Shown here in pieces: positions 32,184 to 42,985 of a DNA stretch of 64,000 bases. Each line of letters begins with the position of its first letter. The stretch's first letter is position 1. The position numbers and the translations under genes are program-made. The stretch comes from Sedimentisphaerales bacterium (GTDB lineage: Bacteria > Planctomycetota > Phycisphaerae > Sedimentisphaerales > Anaerobacaceae). Location: contig OY970194.1 of NCBI GenBank assembly GCA_963708075.1, forward strand, positions 1,024,001 through 1,088,000, in the 5' to 3' direction. The notes beneath the pieces are model-generated. The model ran no database searches. It was not told the DNA's origin and worked only from the letters and a program-made list of their open reading frames with translations.

Positions 32184-34346
32184 TCATCGCACGATGCGGA
32201 TAAGATGCCACGGCGTAGCCGGGTCACCTATTGGAATGCGATAGCCGTCCTGTGCCTTCTCTGCCCGGATCGGTTCCCCAATCGGCTTGGCGCCGCTATC
32301 GAGAGGGACGGCTTCAATCTGTCTCGCTTGCTCGACCCCTCGCAGAACGACGAATCCCTTGACCGGCTCGATGACCGTCGGCTCGGTTCCCCAGTCCGTG
32401 AGCGTCGTCCGTTTGTCGTTCCACTGCATGGCCGTGTTGGCCGAACGCGCGGTGGTCACGAGGAGCAGCCGATTCGCCTGCGCAATCGGTTTGTCTTCCA
32501 GCGATGTCAAGAGGATGGAACAGAATTCATTTTCGACGGTGGCCGCAAGGTTCTTTAGCGGCTTGTCGGCTCGCTTGACGAATCCGATGACCGCCTGGGA
32601 TCTATCCGTGTCGATAGTCACAAGTCCTTGCTTTGTCTGATCACGATGCCACGCAAGCTCGCGCGTGTCGGAAGTAATTGTGTCTATCGCGTCCGCGCTT
32701 GGGTATGGCCCGCCGGATTCCCCAAAGCCCTGGATTCGCGTCGCATGTGTGAGGGCGAGGGCGGGGTTGAATCCGGGCGTGAAGAACGGTCGCTGCGAGG
32801 AGGCCAGGCGGAGGCTCTCACGGATCTGCTCAGGTGAATAGGACCGGCGGACAGTCTCCTTCGCCTGCTGCACATCGGCTCGCAGGAAGATGCACGCACC
32901 AGCGGCGATGTTCATCATCTTCACCGGGTCCGGCCGAATCTCGAAGTGGCTGGGCATCCGCGCGGTCCACTCGCGTGGCAGTTTGTGCTCGAACGTGTAG
33001 AGGAAGATGCCGTCCCAATCGTGGAACGCCGCATACGCGGCGAGAATGCCGATGCCCTCGCAGGCGTACTCGTTGGGGAACGGGTGGTTGATCTCCGACA
33101 CCGTGTAGGGCTTGCCCGCCATCGCCGACCGCGACAACTGCACGACTGTCGAGTTCAGCGGATCGTTCACCATCGGAGTATTGCCGATGGTGAAGCCCTG
33201 CCTTCGAGTTTTCGGGTCGGTCGTGTAGTTCGGGTGCTGCCAGTAGACGTGGCCGTCGATGATGTCACATTCGCTGGTCGAAGCCAGGAGCGGATAGCCG
33301 CTGTTGTAGTGATTGTGGTCGCTCGTGCCGGCGATGAGAGACTTCACGCCGAGTTCGTTCTTCAGGTAGTCGTACATGCCTTTGAAATACGCCTGTTCGA
33401 GATGCATGTAGAACGCCGCCTCGGTGTGAAAGCGTCTGGCGGGGGCGTCCTTGAACTGTGCCTTGATCAGACGCGGAATCGGCTCGCCCTCGGCCACGCC
33501 TGCAACTCGCCGCAGCTCGCGCAACTCCTCAGGGCTGAGCGTCTCCCGCAGCCACGCGTTGTACTTCTCCGTAAGCTCCTCCGCATACGGCGCCGTGATG
33601 TCGGTCCACGTGCCGGGGTTCTTCTGGGTATTCTTGCCGAGCAACCGGTCGCTGAACCACGCCTCGACAATCGAGTTCTCATTGACCAGTTCCACGGTAG
33701 CCACGGCCGGCTCATGGCGATACTCGTTGCCCGTGTACGGATTACGATGCGTCAGAAGCTGCTGAGCATATTCCTTGTGCAGCATTTGAATCTGCTCATC
33801 GAAGTAGTTCACGACCTTGGCAAAGCTGAGGTACTCGTAGTCCTTCACGCCGTCGCCTTTACGGAAGGTGCGTCCCACGTTGAGGTTCAGATTCGTGTAA
33901 ATGCCGCGTTTCTTCAACTCCGCGACAAAGTAATCGAGCGTGTCCAACTGGCTGGGATCGAGCGAGCGGGTATTGTCGCTGCCCCGCACAAACAGACTCG
34001 GCGACCAGTTCGAATCCAGGAAATGGAATCGTACGCAGTTGACCCCAAACCGTGCCAGATGCGTCGCGACAACCGGGGCATCCTCCCGCGATGGAAAGCA
34101 CGCCGCCCCCGTGACATTGACGCCCCAAATCCTGAACCGCTTCCCATCCGGCGTCACCATGTGTCCATCCTTGATCCCGATGGCCCCATTCTTGCCGGCC
34201 GGCGGATCAAGAAACGACGACAGATCGACCAGGGGCGAGGAATTGTCCCGCCAGTCCATAACAAACGGCCGCATCTCGCCCTCAGCAAGAGCAACACACG
34301 GCATCACCGAGACGAGAACCAACGATATCCACCGCAGACACATCAT
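32184..34346 (-). CDS. Secreted GH-A clan (GH5-like) glycoside hydrolase
   Basis: Signal peptide; RIWGVN, GVNCVRFH, LLTHRNPYTG, ELVNEN (acid/base), YTVSE (nucleophile). Confidence 0.8.
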   Translation of the reverse strand: MMCLRWISLVLVSVMPCVALAEGEMRPFVMDWRDNSSPLVDLSSFLDPPAGKNGAIGIKDGHMVTPDGKRFRIWGVNVTGAACFPSREDAPVVATHLARFGVNCVRFHFLDSNWSPSLFVRGSDNTRSLDPSQLDTLDYFVAELKKRGIYTNLNLNVGRTFRKGDGVKDYEYLSFAKVVNYFDEQIQMLHKEYAQQLLTHRNPYTGNEYRHEPAVATVELVNENSIVEAWFSDRLLGKNTQKNPGTWTDITAPYAEELTEKYNAWLRETLSPEELRELRRVAGVAEGEPIPRLIKAQFKDAPARRFHTEAAFYMHLEQAYFKGMYDYLKNELGVKSLIAGTSDHNHYNSGYPLLASTSECDIIDGHVYWQHPNYTTDPKTRRQGFTIGNTPMVNDPLNSTVVQLSRSAMAGKPYTVSEINHPFPNEYACEGIGILAAYAAFHDWDGIFLYTFEHKLPREWTARMPSHFEIRPDPVKMMNIAAGACIFLRADVQQAKETVRRSYSPEQIRESLRLASSQRPFFTPGFNPALALTHATRIQGFGESGGPYPSADAIDTITSDTRELAWHRDQTKQGLVTIDTDRSQAVIGFVKRADKPLKNLAATVENEFCSILLTSLEDKPIAQANRLLLVTTARSANTAMQWNDKRTTLTDWGTEPTVIEPVKGFVVLRGVEQARQIEAVPLDSGAKPIGEPIRAEKAQDGYRIPIGDPATPWHLIRIVR

Positions 34347-34551
34347 CACAATTCTCCTTATTGAACCCAAACCCATAGCATACTTGAACCGGCCGCGGCC
34401 GGATAGTGTCAACCACTCGTCTTTACCGCCCCTATTGATTGCCTGATGTTGCCGGGTATAATCGCGGCGACAACTGATGGAAAGTCAGATGTGGCGAGTG
34501 CCCACGATACATGATTCGGGAAGGACAGCCGCGACGCAGGAATTTGACGGG

Positions 34552-35277
34552 ATGACAAACCGGCGAAAGATATTGCGGTGCCTGTGGATATGCTGGACGC
34601 TGGTCATAGGATCGTGCTTGTCCGGATGCGCGTCTAACGGCAAGGCGACGCCCGTCCCGCCACCGTGGCAGCCGGCGCCTGAGGCGGTGGCGTATCCACG
34701 CGGGCTGCCACAGATTGGCAAGTGGATGTTCGATGCACAATATGAGCCGGCACACTGGCTGGGCGAACTGTATCGGGGCAAGCGTCTAAGGGAGCCGATC
34801 AATGTCATCATCATGGACACGACGGCGGGGTCGGCTGACGAGGCGCGGAAACGCTTGCTGCAAAACTTCGCCGCGGCCGGCTACCTCGTCCGAGAGCGGC
34901 ATTCGACAGGATATCTCGCCTATATCGATGGGGTCGTTTACGAGCAAATTCCAGATGGCAAGAAGCAGGCGTTTTCGAATGAACCCTTTGAAACGGACAA
35001 CAATCACGGGCGGATGTTCGGGCCGCATCCTTACCGCGGCGCGTGGCTTTTCATCGGGGCATTCAGTCGTGAACGCATGGACCTGCTGGAGAAGGTGAAG
35101 CACTGCTACGCGTCATTCAATCAGGCGCGTGACGATCTATCGCAGCGTCTGGATATGAAGACAGACTACAAGATCAAAGCCTTCTTAGATCTGGACAACG
35201 TCTTAATCGGCGACCCGACGTTCACGGCAGGCGACCACGATGGGGTCGCCGTGTTATTGACCACCTCCGAACCCTGA
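34552..35277 (+). CDS. Lipoprotein, possibly LssY C-terminal-like domain
   Basis: Lipobox LSGC; EPINVII..AAGY..NHGRMFG..IGAFSRE. Candidate promoter TTGATT-16-TATAAT at 34435-34462. Confidence 0.55.
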   Translation: MTNRRKILRCLWICWTLVIGSCLSGCASNGKATPVPPPWQPAPEAVAYPRGLPQIGKWMFDAQYEPAHWLGELYRGKRLREPINVIIMDTTAGSADEARKRLLQNFAAAGYLVRERHSTGYLAYIDGVVYEQIPDGKKQAFSNEPFETDNNHGRMFGPHPYRGAWLFIGAFSRERMDLLEKVKHCYASFNQARDDLSQRLDMKTDYKIKAFLDLDNVLIGDPTFTAGDHDGVAVLLTTSEP

Positions 35278-35469
35278 CGGGCAGCTCCGGCCGGGCTGGA
35301 CGCCGGACGCGGATTCGTTGCCAACCCTCTTGAGCGGTCCGACAGACCGTGTTACCATGGCCTTCGTAAGCAAGGGCGACTAAGTTGCTGGGAATGCATG
35401 GGACATCCGATTCAGAGAGAACGCTCGCGAGACAGCCGGTTGTGAAGCCGGCGGACGCACGGCCCGCGT

Positions 35470-36060
35470 ATGGCGCGATCCGGAGAGACACACGTGAGTA
35501 GAGGAATTCTACGAAGCGCAGTCGCTATCGCGTCGGGGTGGATCGTCGTGACTGGCGGTTACATCCTGACAGTGATCGTATTCGCCCTGTTCAACGCGGA
35601 AGGCTTCACGCCCGGAGCGCCACTTTCCGCGGGGTGGCTCCTTTTCACGCTGGCAGTATCTGCAGTCTGGTCCATAGCCGCCGGATTTGTGACGGGGGTC
35701 GTTGCTCGACGAAGAGAGGTCGAGCATGCGATTGGACTTGCGCTTCTCACGCTGGTGGTCTCTGTATACTTCGTGAGCAGGAACAGGAATCTTGGACAAG
35801 TCCCCACTTGGTATATGATAGCAGGAGAGGCGGTGACGGCCCTTGCGATTCTCGTCGGAGGATGGTTGCGAAGGGGCCAGCGGATTCTGCTTGGCAAGGT
35901 ACCCGAGGGCATGGCTGGGAAGGTGGATGACGCGCGTTTGTCGATCGCAACAACAGTTGACCATTGGCGGTTCTGGATAGCGGCGGTTGTTACGTTCATC
36001 ACATTTCTTGCTTCCTTCTGGGCATTGGTGTTAGGAGCGGGGGAGGGTGTATTCTGGTGA
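35470..36060 (+). CDS. Hypothetical multi-pass membrane protein
   Basis: About five hydrophobic segments; (V)LRSAVAIASG start and P.WY motif. Confidence 0.6.
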   Translation: MARSGETHVSRGILRSAVAIASGWIVVTGGYILTVIVFALFNAEGFTPGAPLSAGWLLFTLAVSAVWSIAAGFVTGVVARRREVEHAIGLALLTLVVSVYFVSRNRNLGQVPTWYMIAGEAVTALAILVGGWLRRGQRILLGKVPEGMAGKVDDARLSIATTVDHWRFWIAAVVTFITFLASFWALVLGAGEGVFW

Positions 36061-36210
36061 CGCTGCTCTCTCGATCTACACGTTTGAAGTCACGCTGAAA
36101 CCGGGGATCAGAAGCAGGGGCGTTGGGGGGGGATATGATCGCCGTTGACAGAATCGGTGTTCGCTGCTACCGTTTGGGTCGGTACTGAGTGACCATAAGG
36201 AGATACAGAT

Positions 36211-37374
36211 ATGACGGATATTCGCACGGCTGTCGTAGGAGCTGGGTTTATTGGGCCGGTGCATGTGGAAGGGCTGAAGCGGGCGGGAGTGGAGGTCGCC
36301 GGGATTCTGGGGGTGTCGGACGAGGAGTCGCAGCGGGCGGCGAAAACGCTGGGATTGCCCAAGGCCTACGGGAGCTTCGAAGAGATATTAGCCGACACGG
36401 GCGTGCAGGTGGTGCATATTGCCACGCCGAACCGGCTGCATTACCCGATGGCCAAGGCGGCGCTGAATGCGGGCAAGCACGTGCTGTGCGAGAAGCCGCT
36501 GGCGATGAACTCGCGTGAATCGGCCGAGCTTGTCAAACTGGCCGGACGCACGGGCCTTGTGGCGGGGGTGAACTACAATATCCGGTATTATCCGCTCAAT
36601 ATCGAGGCGGCCGACATGATGCAGCGGGGCGACCTCGGGCGCATCTACTCCGTCTGCGGCAGCTACGTGCAGGACTGGCTGTTCCGCCCGACCGACTACA
36701 ACTGGCGGGTGCTTGCCGAGGAGGGCGGTGAGCTGCGGGCCGTCGCCGATATCGGGACGCACTGGCTGGACCTGGTGCACGCGATCACCGGGTTGGAGGT
36801 GGAGGCCGTCTGTGCCGATTTGTCCACCGTCCATCCCGTGCGGCAGAGGCCGCTGGGGGAGGTGGAGACTTTCAAGGGCAAGCAGCAGAAGAAGCGCGTC
36901 CGGACGGAGCCCATCAACATCGCTACGGAAGACTACGGTTGCATCCTGCTTCGCTTTGAGGGCGGGGCCAGGGGCTGCCTGTGGGTGTCACAGGTGACGG
37001 CGGGGCGGAAGAACTGCCTGCGGTACGAGATCGCCGGCTCCGAGCAGGCCCTGGCCTGGTGCAGCGAGCAGCCGAACGAGATGTGGATCGGCCATCGCGA
37101 CAAGCCCAACGAGAGCCTGATCCGCGATCCGGCGTTGGTGTCGGATCGGGCCCGGCGGTTCATCAATTATCCCGGCGGGCATAACGAAGGCTTCCCGGAC
37201 ACGTTCAAGCAGTGCTTCCGGGCGTTCTATGACTATATCAGGGCGGGGGACTTCTCGGCGGCGCCGACGTTCCCCACCTTTGCGGACGGCCACCGCGAGA
37301 TTTTGCTCTGCGAGGCCATCCTGAAGAGCCATCGCCAGGGGAAATGGGTAGCCGTGAAAGGAGGACGTTCATGA
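36211..37374 (+). CDS. Cytoplasmic Gfo/Idh/MocA oxidoreductase
   Basis: [31 protein letters not shown]; no signal peptide. Confidence 0.92.
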   Translation: MTDIRTAVVGAGFIGPVHVEGLKRAGVEVAGILGVSDEESQRAAKTLGLPKAYGSFEEILADTGVQVVHIATPNRLHYPMAKAALNAGKHVLCEKPLAMNSRESAELVKLAGRTGLVAGVNYNIRYYPLNIEAADMMQRGDLGRIYSVCGSYVQDWLFRPTDYNWRVLAEEGGELRAVADIGTHWLDLVHAITGLEVEAVCADLSTVHPVRQRPLGEVETFKGKQQKKRVRTEPINIATEDYGCILLRFEGGARGCLWVSQVTAGRKNCLRYEIAGSEQALAWCSEQPNEMWIGHRDKPNESLIRDPALVSDRARRFINYPGGHNEGFPDTFKQCFRAFYDYIRAGDFSAAPTFPTFADGHREILLCEAILKSHRQGKWVAVKGGRS

Positions 37375-38285
37375 AGCTCGGATTCGTCAGTGCGATTCTG
37401 CCGGACTTGTCGCTGAAAGAAGTGGTCGAGTTCGCCTTCGAGGCGGGCTACTCGTGCGTGGAGCTGATGTGCTGGCCGAAGGGCAAGGCGGAGCGACGAT
37501 ATGCCGGCGTGACGCATCTCGACGTCACGGACTTTGGGCCCAGGGAAGCCGACGAGGTGCGTAAGCTCCTTGCGAGTTCCGGCGTGACGATCAGCTCGCT
37601 CGGATACTACCCGAATTACCTGAGTCCCGACCGGGACGAAGCGAAGCAGGTGCTGGCCCATTTCAAGAGGGTGATCCGGGCGTCGGCCCTGCTCGGCGTG
37701 GGACAAGTCACCACCTTCATTGGCCGGGACTGGACCAAGTCCGTCGAGGAGAACTGGGCGAGGTTCCAGAAGGTCTGGCCGCCATTGGTCGAGTTCGCCG
37801 AGGACCGCAACGTGCGGATCGGCATTGAGAACTGCCCGATGCTGTTCTCCAACGACGAATGGCCGGGCGGCAAGAACCTGGCGCACAGCCCGAAGATCTG
37901 GCGGCGGATGTTCGAGGAAATCCAGTCCAAGTACTTCGGGCTCAACTACGACCCCTCGCACATGGTCTGGCAGCACATGGACTACATCAAGCCGCTGTGG
38001 GAGTTCCGGGACCGCATCCACCACGTCCACGCCAAGGATGTGCGTCTCGATCGCCAGCGGCTCGACGACGTCGGCATCCTCGCCACGCCCCTGCAGTACC
38101 ACACGCCGAAGCTGCCCGGGCTCGGTGAGGTCAACTGGGGCCGCTTCTGCTCGGTATTGGGCGACATTGGCTACAAAGGGCCGGTCTGCGTGGAGGTGGA
38201 GGACCGGGCGTACGAGGGTTCTCTGACCACTCGCAAGGCCGCGTTGCAGCAGAGTGCTCGATTCCTGCTTCAGTACATGCCGTAA
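37371..38285 (+). CDS. Sugar phosphate isomerase/epimerase (xylose isomerase-like TIM barrel)
   Basis: [25 protein letters not shown] metal ligands; ATGA overlap with the Gfo gene. Confidence 0.92.
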   Translation: MKLGFVSAILPDLSLKEVVEFAFEAGYSCVELMCWPKGKAERRYAGVTHLDVTDFGPREADEVRKLLASSGVTISSLGYYPNYLSPDRDEAKQVLAHFKRVIRASALLGVGQVTTFIGRDWTKSVEENWARFQKVWPPLVEFAEDRNVRIGIENCPMLFSNDEWPGGKNLAHSPKIWRRMFEEIQSKYFGLNYDPSHMVWQHMDYIKPLWEFRDRIHHVHAKDVRLDRQRLDDVGILATPLQYHTPKLPGLGEVNWGRFCSVLGDIGYKGPVCVEVEDRAYEGSLTTRKAALQQSARFLLQYMP

Positions 38286-38298
38286 ACGGGAGGGCCGT

Positions 38299-40470
38299 AT
38301 GAAGACTTCACAGCGGTGGATTCTCACCTGTTTCGTCGGCGCATTCATGGGCGCCTCACTTGTGGCTGCGGCGGAGCTGCCTGGCACCGGCGCCGATGTC
38401 GGCAAAACCGTGGTCTATCGCGACACTTGGGGTGTTCCGCATATCTATGCACCTACGGCCGAAGCGGGTCTCTATGCGATGGGGTGGGCACAGGCCCAGG
38501 ATCGGCCCGAGGAGCTTCTGAAGAACTACATGCGGGCGATGGGCGAGAGCGCGAAGTTCGACGGCCCCGCGGGCGTTGAATCCGATATGGTTTCGCTCCT
38601 GTGGGACAATTACGGCACGAGCAAGCGGAACTTCGACAGAATTCGGCCGGAGATTCAGGAGCAGGTGCGGGCGTACGTAAGAGGCGTCAACGATTTCTAC
38701 GCCGTTCACACGCGTGATATTCCCGTCTGGTGGGGCGACCGCAAGGTGGACGAGTACATGGTAGTGGCGTTCTTCCGTCTCTTCCTGTACGGCTGGTCCG
38801 TGGGGCAGGTCTTCGATGACCTGCAGGCCGGAGGCGTACAGCCGGGCTTTGATGAAGTGTCCCGGGGATCGAACCAGTGGTCGGTTTCGCCCGGGCGGAG
38901 CGCCGAAGGAGCCGCCATCCTTTGCATCGATCCTCATCTGTCCTGGTGGGGCCCATCGCGGTTCTGGGAGTTCCGTATCCATGCGGGTGTGCTGCAAGGC
39001 AGTGGATTCACGTTGCCCGGTTGTCCCTACATCGGCCTTGGGCACAACGCGAACGTCGCCTGGGCGATGACCACGGGCGGGCCCGACACTGCCGATGTGT
39101 ACGAGCTGACGCTCAAGGACGACGATCCCACGAAGTACCTGTTTGACGGGCAATGGCGGACGTTGAGCCGTCGGGAAGCGACCCTGGAGGTGAAGGGGGC
39201 GCCGCCGCAGAAGATCACCATTTGGTCTTCGCACCACGGCCCAATCGTGGCGATGCGCAAGGGCAAAGCCTATGCCGCAAAGATGGCGTATGCCGAGGAA
39301 GTGCAGCTTGCGGAGGCCTGGTACGAGCTCAATACGGCGAAAGACTACTCCGGGGCCGTGCAGGCGATGAGCATGCGGCAGCTCTTCCCGCAGAATGTTA
39401 TGGTCGCCGATACCTCGGGCAATATCTATTATCAGCGGACCGGACGAGTGCCTCGCCGGCCTTCGGGGTATGACTGGTCGAGGCCCGTCGATGGCTCCAC
39501 GTCGGCCACGGAATGGCAGGGACTGCATCCCGCCTCGGACCATCTGCAGGTACTGAATCCTCCGCAGGGCTACATGCAGAACTGCAACATCTCGCCGGAC
39601 GTCATGATGGTGGACAGCCCGTTCTCGTCGGACAAGACGGTGTCGTATCTCTACGGCTCGTCCGCCGGCGCGACAAATCAGCGCGGGTCTCGCGCCGTGC
39701 AGCTTCTCCAGGCGGACGCCTCCGTCACTATCGAAGAGGCCCAGGCCTATGCCACCGATGTCCATCCGTATGGCGTCGAGCGATGGCTGGAGGTGCTCAG
39801 GCGTGCCGATGCGGCATTTGGCTCGTCGCACCAGTCCGATGCGGACTATACTGCAGGAGTCAAGGAACTACTCTCCTGGGACGGGGAGCTTCGCCACGAC
39901 TCCAAAGCCGCATTGAAGTACTATTATTGGCGCAGACAACTCGTCGCGGATCATGGAGCCGAGGCGGTATCGGACGCGGCTCGTCGTATCGATTGTTATC
40001 TGGCTGCATTGGGCAAGCCCGCGCCGCAAATTGATCTCAGCGATGAGGAACTTCAGGCGGCGGCCGACTCATTTGCTAATGCGATAGCCAGGCTCAAGGC
40101 GGATCGCGGCTCGCTCGATGCCGCCTATGGCGACATGTTCCGGGTGGGGCGCGATGATGTCTCGTGGCCTTTGGGGGGAGGCGGAGACTACGGGACGACG
40201 ACTCTTCGCAATATCGGTTACGGACGCGAGCGCAGCGACCATATGCGCTGGGGGGATCACGGCCAGACCTCGACGCAAATCATTGTACTGAGCAAGCCCG
40301 TGCGAAGCTGGACCTACGTGCCCATCGCACAGAGCGACCGTCCGAGCTCGCCTCACTACCGCGACCAGGCCGAGAAGCTCTTCAGTCCCTGCAAGCTGAA
40401 GCCCACGTGGTGGCAGCCGGAGGACCTTGTGGAACATATCGAATCCCGAACCGTTGTTGGGGAACGCTGA
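38299..40470 (+). CDS. Penicillin acylase family Ntn-hydrolase (peptidase S45)
   Basis: Signal peptide; RDTWGVPHIYA, GSNQW (catalytic Ser), DPHL, QNCN, SPHYRDQA. Confidence 0.92.
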   Translation: MKTSQRWILTCFVGAFMGASLVAAAELPGTGADVGKTVVYRDTWGVPHIYAPTAEAGLYAMGWAQAQDRPEELLKNYMRAMGESAKFDGPAGVESDMVSLLWDNYGTSKRNFDRIRPEIQEQVRAYVRGVNDFYAVHTRDIPVWWGDRKVDEYMVVAFFRLFLYGWSVGQVFDDLQAGGVQPGFDEVSRGSNQWSVSPGRSAEGAAILCIDPHLSWWGPSRFWEFRIHAGVLQGSGFTLPGCPYIGLGHNANVAWAMTTGGPDTADVYELTLKDDDPTKYLFDGQWRTLSRREATLEVKGAPPQKITIWSSHHGPIVAMRKGKAYAAKMAYAEEVQLAEAWYELNTAKDYSGAVQAMSMRQLFPQNVMVADTSGNIYYQRTGRVPRRPSGYDWSRPVDGSTSATEWQGLHPASDHLQVLNPPQGYMQNCNISPDVMMVDSPFSSDKTVSYLYGSSAGATNQRGSRAVQLLQADASVTIEEAQAYATDVHPYGVERWLEVLRRADAAFGSSHQSDADYTAGVKELLSWDGELRHDSKAALKYYYWRRQLVADHGAEAVSDAARRIDCYLAALGKPAPQIDLSDEELQAAADSFANAIARLKADRGSLDAAYGDMFRVGRDDVSWPLGGGGDYGTTTLRNIGYGRERSDHMRWGDHGQTSTQIIVLSKPVRSWTYVPIAQSDRPSSPHYRDQAEKLFSPCKLKPTWWQPEDLVEHIESRTVVGER

Positions 40471-40487
40471 CAGACTAGGAGTAAGCG

Positions 40488-41174
40488 ATGGATTACACGT
40501 ACCTGGATATTGCCAAGATGATCGATCACTCCCTGCTGAATCCGACGTTGACCGTGCCGGAGCTTGAAGCAGGTTGCAAGCTGGCGCTCGAATATGACAC
40601 CGGCAGCGTTTGCATCATGCCCTACTATCTCAAGAGGTGTGCCGAGATCCTCAAGGGCAGCACGGTAAACGCGAGCACGACAATCGGCTTTCCGCACGGC
40701 GGGCACACGACGGCCATCAAGGTGGCGGAGGCGGAGCAGGCCCTCGCCGACGGCGGGCAGGAACTGGACATGGTGGTCAACATCAGCAAGGCCCTCAGCG
40801 GTGACTGGGAGTACGTCCGCCGGGATATCGGCGCCGTGATCGACGTGACGCACAAGCGAGGCCAGAAGGTCAAGGTGATCTTCGAGAACTGCTACCTGAA
40901 TAACGACCAGAAGATCAAGCTGTGCGAGATCTGCGGAAAGCTCGGGGCCGACTGGGTCAAGACATCCACCGGGTACGGAACCGGCGGCGCGACCATCGAG
41001 GACCTCAAATTGATGCGCCAACATTCGCCCAAGCACGTGCAGGTGAAGGCGGCGGGCGGTGTTCGCGACCTCGATAAGCTCCTGGAGGTCCGCGCCATCG
41101 GCGTCACGCGCGTCGGCGCCACTCGCACAGCGGACATGCTCAACGAGTGCAAGCGACGGCTGGGAATGCTGTGA
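40488..41174 (+). CDS. deoC: Deoxyribose-phosphate aldolase
   Basis: IDHSLL, IGFPHG, ELDMVVN, KVIFE, VKTSTGY, VKAAGGVR. Confidence 0.95.
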   Translation: MDYTYLDIAKMIDHSLLNPTLTVPELEAGCKLALEYDTGSVCIMPYYLKRCAEILKGSTVNASTTIGFPHGGHTTAIKVAEAEQALADGGQELDMVVNISKALSGDWEYVRRDIGAVIDVTHKRGQKVKVIFENCYLNNDQKIKLCEICGKLGADWVKTSTGYGTGGATIEDLKLMRQHSPKHVQVKAAGGVRDLDKLLEVRAIGVTRVGATRTADMLNECKRRLGML

Positions 41175-41219
41175 GGTAGGAACCGCCTCCGACAGGACTC
41201 GCGTCGGCGGATCGTGCGG

Positions 41220-41729
41220 TTACAGGGTATCGACTGGTTCCTGGCGTTCGGTGACTGTGACGCCGTTTTGCTGGTCGAAGCTCCAGACGCTGGTCACGCC
41301 GTTGCCCTCATCGACGACGCAGACCTTCTGCGGGACGAATTTTCCGCCGTTCCAGACCCATCGGACGGTGACTTCACCGTACATGAGGTCCTTGTACTTC
41401 GGATTGCCGCAGTTCCTCGCATCGACGATGCCCACGCGTTTGGTTCGCGGCTGCACATCCACAGGCGGCATCTCGTCGAGCCCGGCTGCCTCGGCGCTGG
41501 CCCGCATCGCGGCTTGTACCGCGTCCGCAATGGCAGGGGCGGGCATTTCCGCGTTTCCGGTAGTGACTTCCGCATTTCCGGACCTTGGCGGCTTGCTGTA
41601 GAGCATCAGCACGAGCAACACCGCTGCCACGACGACGAGCTCAAGTCTCGTGCTGTTGGAAAGCATCGCGGAGATTCTGCTCTCACCCTGTCCTGTGCTC
41701 TGATCTGTTTTCGGTGCCTGTGTTTTCAT
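41220..41729 (-). CDS. Hypothetical single-TM protein
   Basis: From MKTQAPK: TM helix LVVVAAVLLVLMLY, low-complexity linker with a GNAE repeat, small Cys-pair beta domain. Confidence 0.6.
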   Translation of the reverse strand: MKTQAPKTDQSTGQGESRISAMLSNSTRLELVVVAAVLLVLMLYSKPPRSGNAEVTTGNAEMPAPAIADAVQAAMRASAEAAGLDEMPPVDVQPRTKRVGIVDARNCGNPKYKDLMYGEVTVRWVWNGGKFVPQKVCVVDEGNGVTSVWSFDQQNGVTVTERQEPVDTL

Positions 41730-41911
41730 AACAAGTCCGGATCGCTGACTGCTCGTTTCCAAATATCGGCTGATTTCCGCCTCAGATAAAATATAATCTA
41801 TGTTTGACGTTACCCCAAAAACCGTACCGAAGCCCGGTTGAGAGAAGGAGTGAAATAGGCGTTCAGACCCGAAAAAAGAGGCGTTGGTGGCTTGTTCGTG
41901 CGGGCGCGGGA

Positions 41912-42850
41912 TTATCGGCGCTCTTCGGGCGCAGGTTCTCCCGGCGTTCCTTTGCTTGTGCGGGCGAAGTAGTACAAAGGCGGGTGGACCCCCTCGCTGA
42001 TGGTGAAGTAGCCTCGTCCTTTGCTGTCGAAGCAGATAGCCTCGCCCTGGGGCTCGTGCGCCAGGGGCAGACGGGTCTGTTTTCCGGAAAACGCATGCCA
42101 TAGCGGCTCGCCCGCGGGACGCGGCCACAGGGAGGCGTTGAACATGCCCCTGACGATCACCTCGCGGCCGTCGGGCGAGACGTCGCCGGCGACCGCGAAT
42201 CCCCACGGCAACACGGTCACGGCCTCCATCCGGGTCCGCCCGACCAGAGATTGCGGGAAGCCGGCCCGGTACACCTTCGAGAACAGCTCCCGTTTGGCGA
42301 CGATGTAGATGTCGCGTGTCAGCGGATCGACGAGCAGCGTCTCGGCATCCCGCGGGCCGTCCGGGTAAGCAAGGCGGATGATCTCCGCCGGGCCGATCGT
42401 CATCGTCCCAAAAGCCGTGGCGGCGTCCACGTTGGGTTCGGCCACCCGATACACTTTGACCTCCGGGTACTTCGCCTGGTTGTCGCCGATATCGCCGATG
42501 TAGAGATACTGCCGGTTGGGATCAGGCCCGGGACCGACGGCGATGTCCTCCCAGTCGCGTGTCGTGGCCCCCCGGATCGTGCACACGCCGAGCAGGTCGC
42601 CCTTCGTATCGATGGCAAAGACCTTTGCGCCACTGCCTGAGTCGTTGTGCACCCAGAGCACGCCGGGATTCTGCCGGCTGGCCACGAGGCCCGAAGCTTC
42701 GCGAATCAGCTCGCTCCTGACGACCCCCGCCGGCTGACCCGCCAGGAACTCGTCGGACGACCCCGCCAGGGCGCACGAGGAACTCAGCAGCATCAGCGGC
42801 GCGATGACATTGACGAGAATGTACACGTGATGAATCATCCCGTGCGACAT
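41912..42850 (-). CDS. Secreted beta-propeller protein (esterase-like phytase / SdiA-regulated-like)
   Basis: EASGL, WVHNDSG, DWEDIA, LYIGDIGDN, DAETL and QGEAI motifs. Confidence 0.75.
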   Translation of the reverse strand: MSHGMIHHVYILVNVIAPLMLLSSSCALAGSSDEFLAGQPAGVVRSELIREASGLVASRQNPGVLWVHNDSGSGAKVFAIDTKGDLLGVCTIRGATTRDWEDIAVGPGPDPNRQYLYIGDIGDNQAKYPEVKVYRVAEPNVDAATAFGTMTIGPAEIIRLAYPDGPRDAETLLVDPLTRDIYIVAKRELFSKVYRAGFPQSLVGRTRMEAVTVLPWGFAVAGDVSPDGREVIVRGMFNASLWPRPAGEPLWHAFSGKQTRLPLAHEPQGEAICFDSKGRGYFTISEGVHPPLYYFARTSKGTPGEPAPEERR

Positions 42851-42985
42851 TCTATCGCCTTTCAGGTGTCGAAGCAATGGCTATGGCTCGGCCGCTTCGG
42901 CGCACCATAACCTTCTTTCGGACGAGCGATTCCTGTGGTATGATCGCAGCAACGTCCTTTGTGGGCGCAACGGGAGGTTTGAATC

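Noticed and set aside
36040..36150. Possible frameshifted C-terminal extension of the membrane protein 35470-36060
   Set aside because: Alternative frames stop within a few codons and there is no motif to anchor a correction.
41730..42206. N-terminal extension of the 328-aa ORF 41220-42206
   Set aside because: It overlaps the beta-propeller gene in another frame and crosses AT-rich intergenic DNA; the real start is probably 41729.
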